DNA of 38,157 nt from Mycobacteriales bacterium (lineage in GTDB: Bacteria > Actinomycetota > Actinomycetes > Mycobacteriales > QHCE01). Location: the NCBI GenBank assembly GCA_036268755.1, contig DATATO010000059.1, forward strand, positions 1-38,157. Direction: 5' to 3'. Below are positions 35,534 through 38,157 of this stretch, in pieces. The notes under the pieces were generated by a model. The model did no database searches, was not told the DNA's origin, and saw nothing but the letters and a program-made list of their open reading frames with translations. The first letter of the stretch is position 1. Each line of letters begins with the position of its first letter. The translations under genes and the position numbers were made by a program.

Positions 35534-36834
35534 CCGCCTGGCGGGGCGACATATCCGCCGATGTAGGTGTCGGCGGTGCCGTTGGTCACCGTGGCCGGAT
35601 CGATGTTCTGAATGAAACTAACCGCTCCGGGGGAGGGTCCGGTGTCACCCTCGACGGTGTCTATCTTTCCGTCGGGGTGTACCTCCACCACGATCCCGAT
35701 ATGGCCTTGACCGCCCTGGGGTGGTTCCTGACCATTCTCGGTCGGGGGGCCGTATACCAGGGCATCACCTGGCTGGGGGTTGCCGTCACGGGTTCCTTGA
35801 GTATGTGGCTTGAAGCTGCCCTTCGTACCGTTGCTTCGCATTACCTCCGTAGGCACCCCATCGGCCCACGCGGTGTCGAACAGCGCCGGACCAGTAATTC
35901 CGGCCTGTTGCCACACCCATCGCACGAAATACGCGCACCACAAATCGCAGGGACCGTACTTAGTGCAGTGCGCTCCGGTGGCGACGGTGCCGATTTCGTT
36001 TCGGGCGATGCGAACAATCTCGGCCCGTCGGCCACCGACGACGGCGTTGTTGCAGCTGTCACCGTTGGTGCCGGCAGCGACCGGCACCCCATCGATGGGG
36101 TGATTGAGGTGGGCGAGCATCGCCTGCGCGGCCGTGACGTGCGGTGCGTAATTTGCCTCGCTGGGGAAGCCGGAGTGCTGGACTTGCTCCGCGGCCTGGG
36201 CGACGGTCATGTTCTCCCACCCCGACACGTCCACCAGCCCGCGGGGGGAGGGCGGCTGTGGGCCGCCGAAGAAGGTGTTGGTGGCGTACCAGGGGTCGGT
36301 TACCTCCTGCGCGCTTCCCCAGCCCGCGGACGGGCGCTGCTGGAACAACCCGGCCGAGTCTCGGTCGCCGCCCGGGTTGTTGAACCAGCCGGATTCCTTG
36401 TGCGCGGTGGCCATGGCGATCAGCAGGCCCTTGTCGGACATGCCCCGCTGCTTGGCCACGTCCACGATGATCCAGGCGTTGCGAATCTTGTCCTCGCTGT
36501 AGAAGGCTCCGCCGATGTTGGCGCCCGGCAGCGCGGGAGGCGGGTTCTTGACGATGTTCGGGACATTGACGTTGCCGCCGCCGGCGGATGTGCCGGTGGA
36601 GCCGTCGGTGCCGACCTGTTCGGTGCATTTGTTCTGGGACAGCAGCGAGACGATGCTGGTGGTGCCGCTGAAGGCGCCGATGAACGCTATCGCGCCGCAG
36701 GGGGTGCAACACAGCAGAAACAACACGATGAGGGTGACGACGATTTTCTTGAACAGGCTCCACCCGAGATGGGCGGTCCCTCGAATTATCCCGCGCCGTC
36801 GCTGCGGCGGATTGCCACCCTGCGGGGCGGTCAT
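35530..36834 (-). CDS. Membrane-anchored bifunctional cell-wall hydrolase: lysozyme/transglycosylase-like domain plus C-terminal CHAP/NlpC-type amidase
   Basis: There is an N-terminal TM (IVVTLIVLFLLCC). The middle domain reads LLIAMATAHKESGWFNNPGGDRDSAGLFQQRPSAGWG...VAQAAEQVQHSGFP. The C-terminal domain has a Cys context (CDLWCAYFVRWVW) and a His context (GHIGIVVEV...VEGDTG). Its start ATG overlaps the upstream stop as TAATG. Confidence 0.75.
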   Translation of the reverse strand: MTAPQGGNPPQRRRGIIRGTAHLGWSLFKKIVVTLIVLFLLCCTPCGAIAFIGAFSGTTSIVSLLSQNKCTEQVGTDGSTGTSAGGGNVNVPNIVKNPPPALPGANIGGAFYSEDKIRNAWIIVDVAKQRGMSDKGLLIAMATAHKESGWFNNPGGDRDSAGLFQQRPSAGWGSAQEVTDPWYATNTFFGGPQPPSPRGLVDVSGWENMTVAQAAEQVQHSGFPSEANYAPHVTAAQAMLAHLNHPIDGVPVAAGTNGDSCNNAVVGGRRAEIVRIARNEIGTVATGAHCTKYGPCDLWCAYFVRWVWQQAGITGPALFDTAWADGVPTEVMRSNGTKGSFKPHTQGTRDGNPQPGDALVYGPPTENGQEPPQGGQGHIGIVVEVHPDGKIDTVEGDTGPSPGAVSFIQNIDPATVTNGTADTYIGGYVAPPGG

Positions 36835-37379
36835 TATGACTTCAATTCGAAGTCATAGGACTGGATCAGGAAGACGCCGTTGTCGTAATCGAAGCGAAGA
36901 GTAAGGATTCCGTTGTCCAGCGGCACATTTACGTTTGCGTAGCCGTTCCCGGTCGAGGTCACGACCGGGTCCCCGGTTCGACGTACCGAGTCGATGTCGT
37001 TCGGCTGCACCTCGGCAAGCGTCTGGATAAAGTTTCTGGAACAGTACTGCCGCATGCCGTTAAGCCAGGCGTCCTGACTGCGCTCGAGGTGTAACCAGGC
37101 GTCGGTGAAGTTCCGTGCCCGGTTGACAATGTCGGCCCGGTCGGGAGAGGGCCTTAAGGAAGCAGGCTCAGTGTTGTCGAGATGCACGCCCGGCGACGGC
37201 TGGCTGAGCGTGGGGTTCCGGCTGGATTCGGGGTGCGCTTTGTTGTCCGATTTTTTGGCGGAGCCACCGCCATTGGCGAGCACGAGGAAATACACCAGGA
37301 CGGCGATAACGGCGATGCCGACCACCGTGACGAGGGCCAACATGGTGTTGCGTGAAAGATGGATGTCACGGATTCCCAC
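36834..37379 (-). CDS. Single-pass membrane protein with a small C-terminal alpha+beta (NTF2-like?) domain
   Basis: A TM (MLALVTVVGIAVIAVLVYFLVLA) is followed by a linker and then ADIVNRARNFTDAWLHL...GILTLRFDYDNGVFLIQSYDF. It is translationally coupled to the hydrolase. The start is GTG at 37379 or an internal ATG and is uncertain. Confidence 0.5.
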   Translation of the reverse strand: MGIRDIHLSRNTMLALVTVVGIAVIAVLVYFLVLANGGGSAKKSDNKAHPESSRNPTLSQPSPGVHLDNTEPASLRPSPDRADIVNRARNFTDAWLHLERSQDAWLNGMRQYCSRNFIQTLAEVQPNDIDSVRRTGDPVVTSTGNGYANVNVPLDNGILTLRFDYDNGVFLIQSYDFELKS

Positions 37380-37663
37380 GACGATTCACCCGCTTTGCTC
37401 GCTCGCGCCAAGCTCGGTCGCGCCTGGCTACTGACGTAGGCAGCTTACGGTGAAGCAGCCAGAGCGTAAGGAAAAGGTTCGGCCGCTGGGGCCTGTCCGA
37501 AGTATAGGCAGGCTCGGTCTTTCGGTCAGCGGGTATGAGCAGGAATCGCCCTAATATGGTCAGTTCGCCAGTCAACCTTGACCGAAAGGTCGATGAGACT
37601 AGTGTTACCGTCGTCCGTCCAATGTGGTTGATTGACCCAAGCCCGAGTCAGCGGAGCCGCAGA

Positions 37664-37993
37664 ATGCCTAAACCTATCGCCCTAGTCATCCTCGTGGTCG
37701 CGACGGCGGTACTGGCGGCCTGCGGCGGCTCGAAGAGCACCACCTCGGAGCGTGCCGTCCTGTTCGAGGTGACAGGCCGCGGGCCCGTGTCGGTCTACTA
37801 CGGGGACGGCAACGAGCCGAATGTCACCCCGCCGTGGAAAAAGACCGTCACCGAGCGCAAAGGTATCGAGGTGTCCGTCGTCGCCACCGCGCTGCAGCCC
37901 AATCAGGAAGTCACCTGCCGCATCAGCGTCGACGGTAAGCGGGTCGTGGAGCAAACGGCCGACGTCACCAAATGCGAGTACACGCTCAAGTAG
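37664..37993 (+). CDS. MmpS-like lipoprotein
   Basis: The ATG at 37664 follows GGAG. The signal peptide has a lipobox: [20 protein letters not shown]. The body reads VLFEVTG..VSVYYGD...TPPWKKTV...[15 protein letters not shown]...KCEY, as in MmpS proteins. No mmpL gene is adjacent. Confidence 0.6.
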   Translation: MPKPIALVILVVATAVLAACGGSKSTTSERAVLFEVTGRGPVSVYYGDGNEPNVTPPWKKTVTERKGIEVSVVATALQPNQEVTCRISVDGKRVVEQTADVTKCEYTLK

Positions 37994-38034
37994 GGCCCCT
38001 TAGGCGGCCGCCGCCCACTGGGTACCCTGACCGG

Positions 38035-38157
38035 ATGCGTCTCGTCATTGCCCGTTGCGAAGTAGACTATGCCGGTCGGCTGCAGGCCCACCTACCCCTG
38101 GCCACCCGTCTGCTGTTGGTGAAGGCCGACGGCTCGGTCTCCATTCACGCCGACGAT
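38035..38157 (+). CDS. nucS: Endonuclease NucS (EndoMS), N-terminal 41 codons, truncated by the window end
   Basis: [41 protein letters not shown] is the characteristic NucS N-terminus. Confidence 0.85.
   Translation, partial: MRLVIARCEVDYAGRLQAHLPLATRLLLVKADGSVSIHADD

Noticed and set aside
36836-36856. Hairpin atgacttc-aattc-gaagtcat at the junction of the two hydrolase-operon genes.
   Set aside because: It has only 8 bp and is AT-rich. It lies within coding sequence next to the TAATG overlap. It could modulate coupling, but it is not distinguishable from chance.

Overview
High-GC actinobacterial chromosome segment. Gene content and order resemble Mycobacteriales/Corynebacteriales: ettA, glbO, an HNH endonuclease, a cobT-like gene, DUF3043, a PduO-type adenosyltransferase, murA and nucS. 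I call about 36 protein-coding genes or pseudogenes, one tRNA-Arg(UCU), and a few hairpins and repeats. I saw no CRISPR array, rRNA, transposase or integrase.

The ORF track labels non-ATG starts as M. Several starts were re-picked from in-frame ATG/GTG codons with Shine-Dalgarno support. Many long ORFs are antisense shadows typical of high-GC DNA and were rejected.

Two candidates for an undescribed system stand out:
(1) 6770-12589 is a minus-strand operon. It holds a canonical OtsA, a divergent 676-aa GT20 synthase, and two tandemly duplicated atypical OtsB-family phosphatases. In both phosphatases Cys replaces Thr in HAD motif I, and one copy has an apparent stop-codon loss.
(2) 20642-29113 is an ~8.5 kb block lying between the cobT-like and DUF3043 genes. 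It encodes a MarR-GNAT fusion, a secreted SGNH hydrolase, a membrane-anchored GT2, a GT-C-type membrane glycosyltransferase, and a 1036-aa Arg-rich membrane protein with a transglutaminase-like Cys-His-Asp core.

Other oddities:
- A perfect 42-bp palindrome lies inside a catalytically degenerate cobT-like gene.
- An LPXTG/TQXA (thioester-domain) adhesin has no cysteine in its mature part.
- A Fic fragment abuts the tRNA.
- Two genes are frameshifted: an EEP-family gene and a serine hydrolase.
- Two convergent gene pairs share a CTAG overlapping stop.
- MurA carries Asp at the fosfomycin-target position.

All functional calls come from reading motifs by eye. No database search was run.
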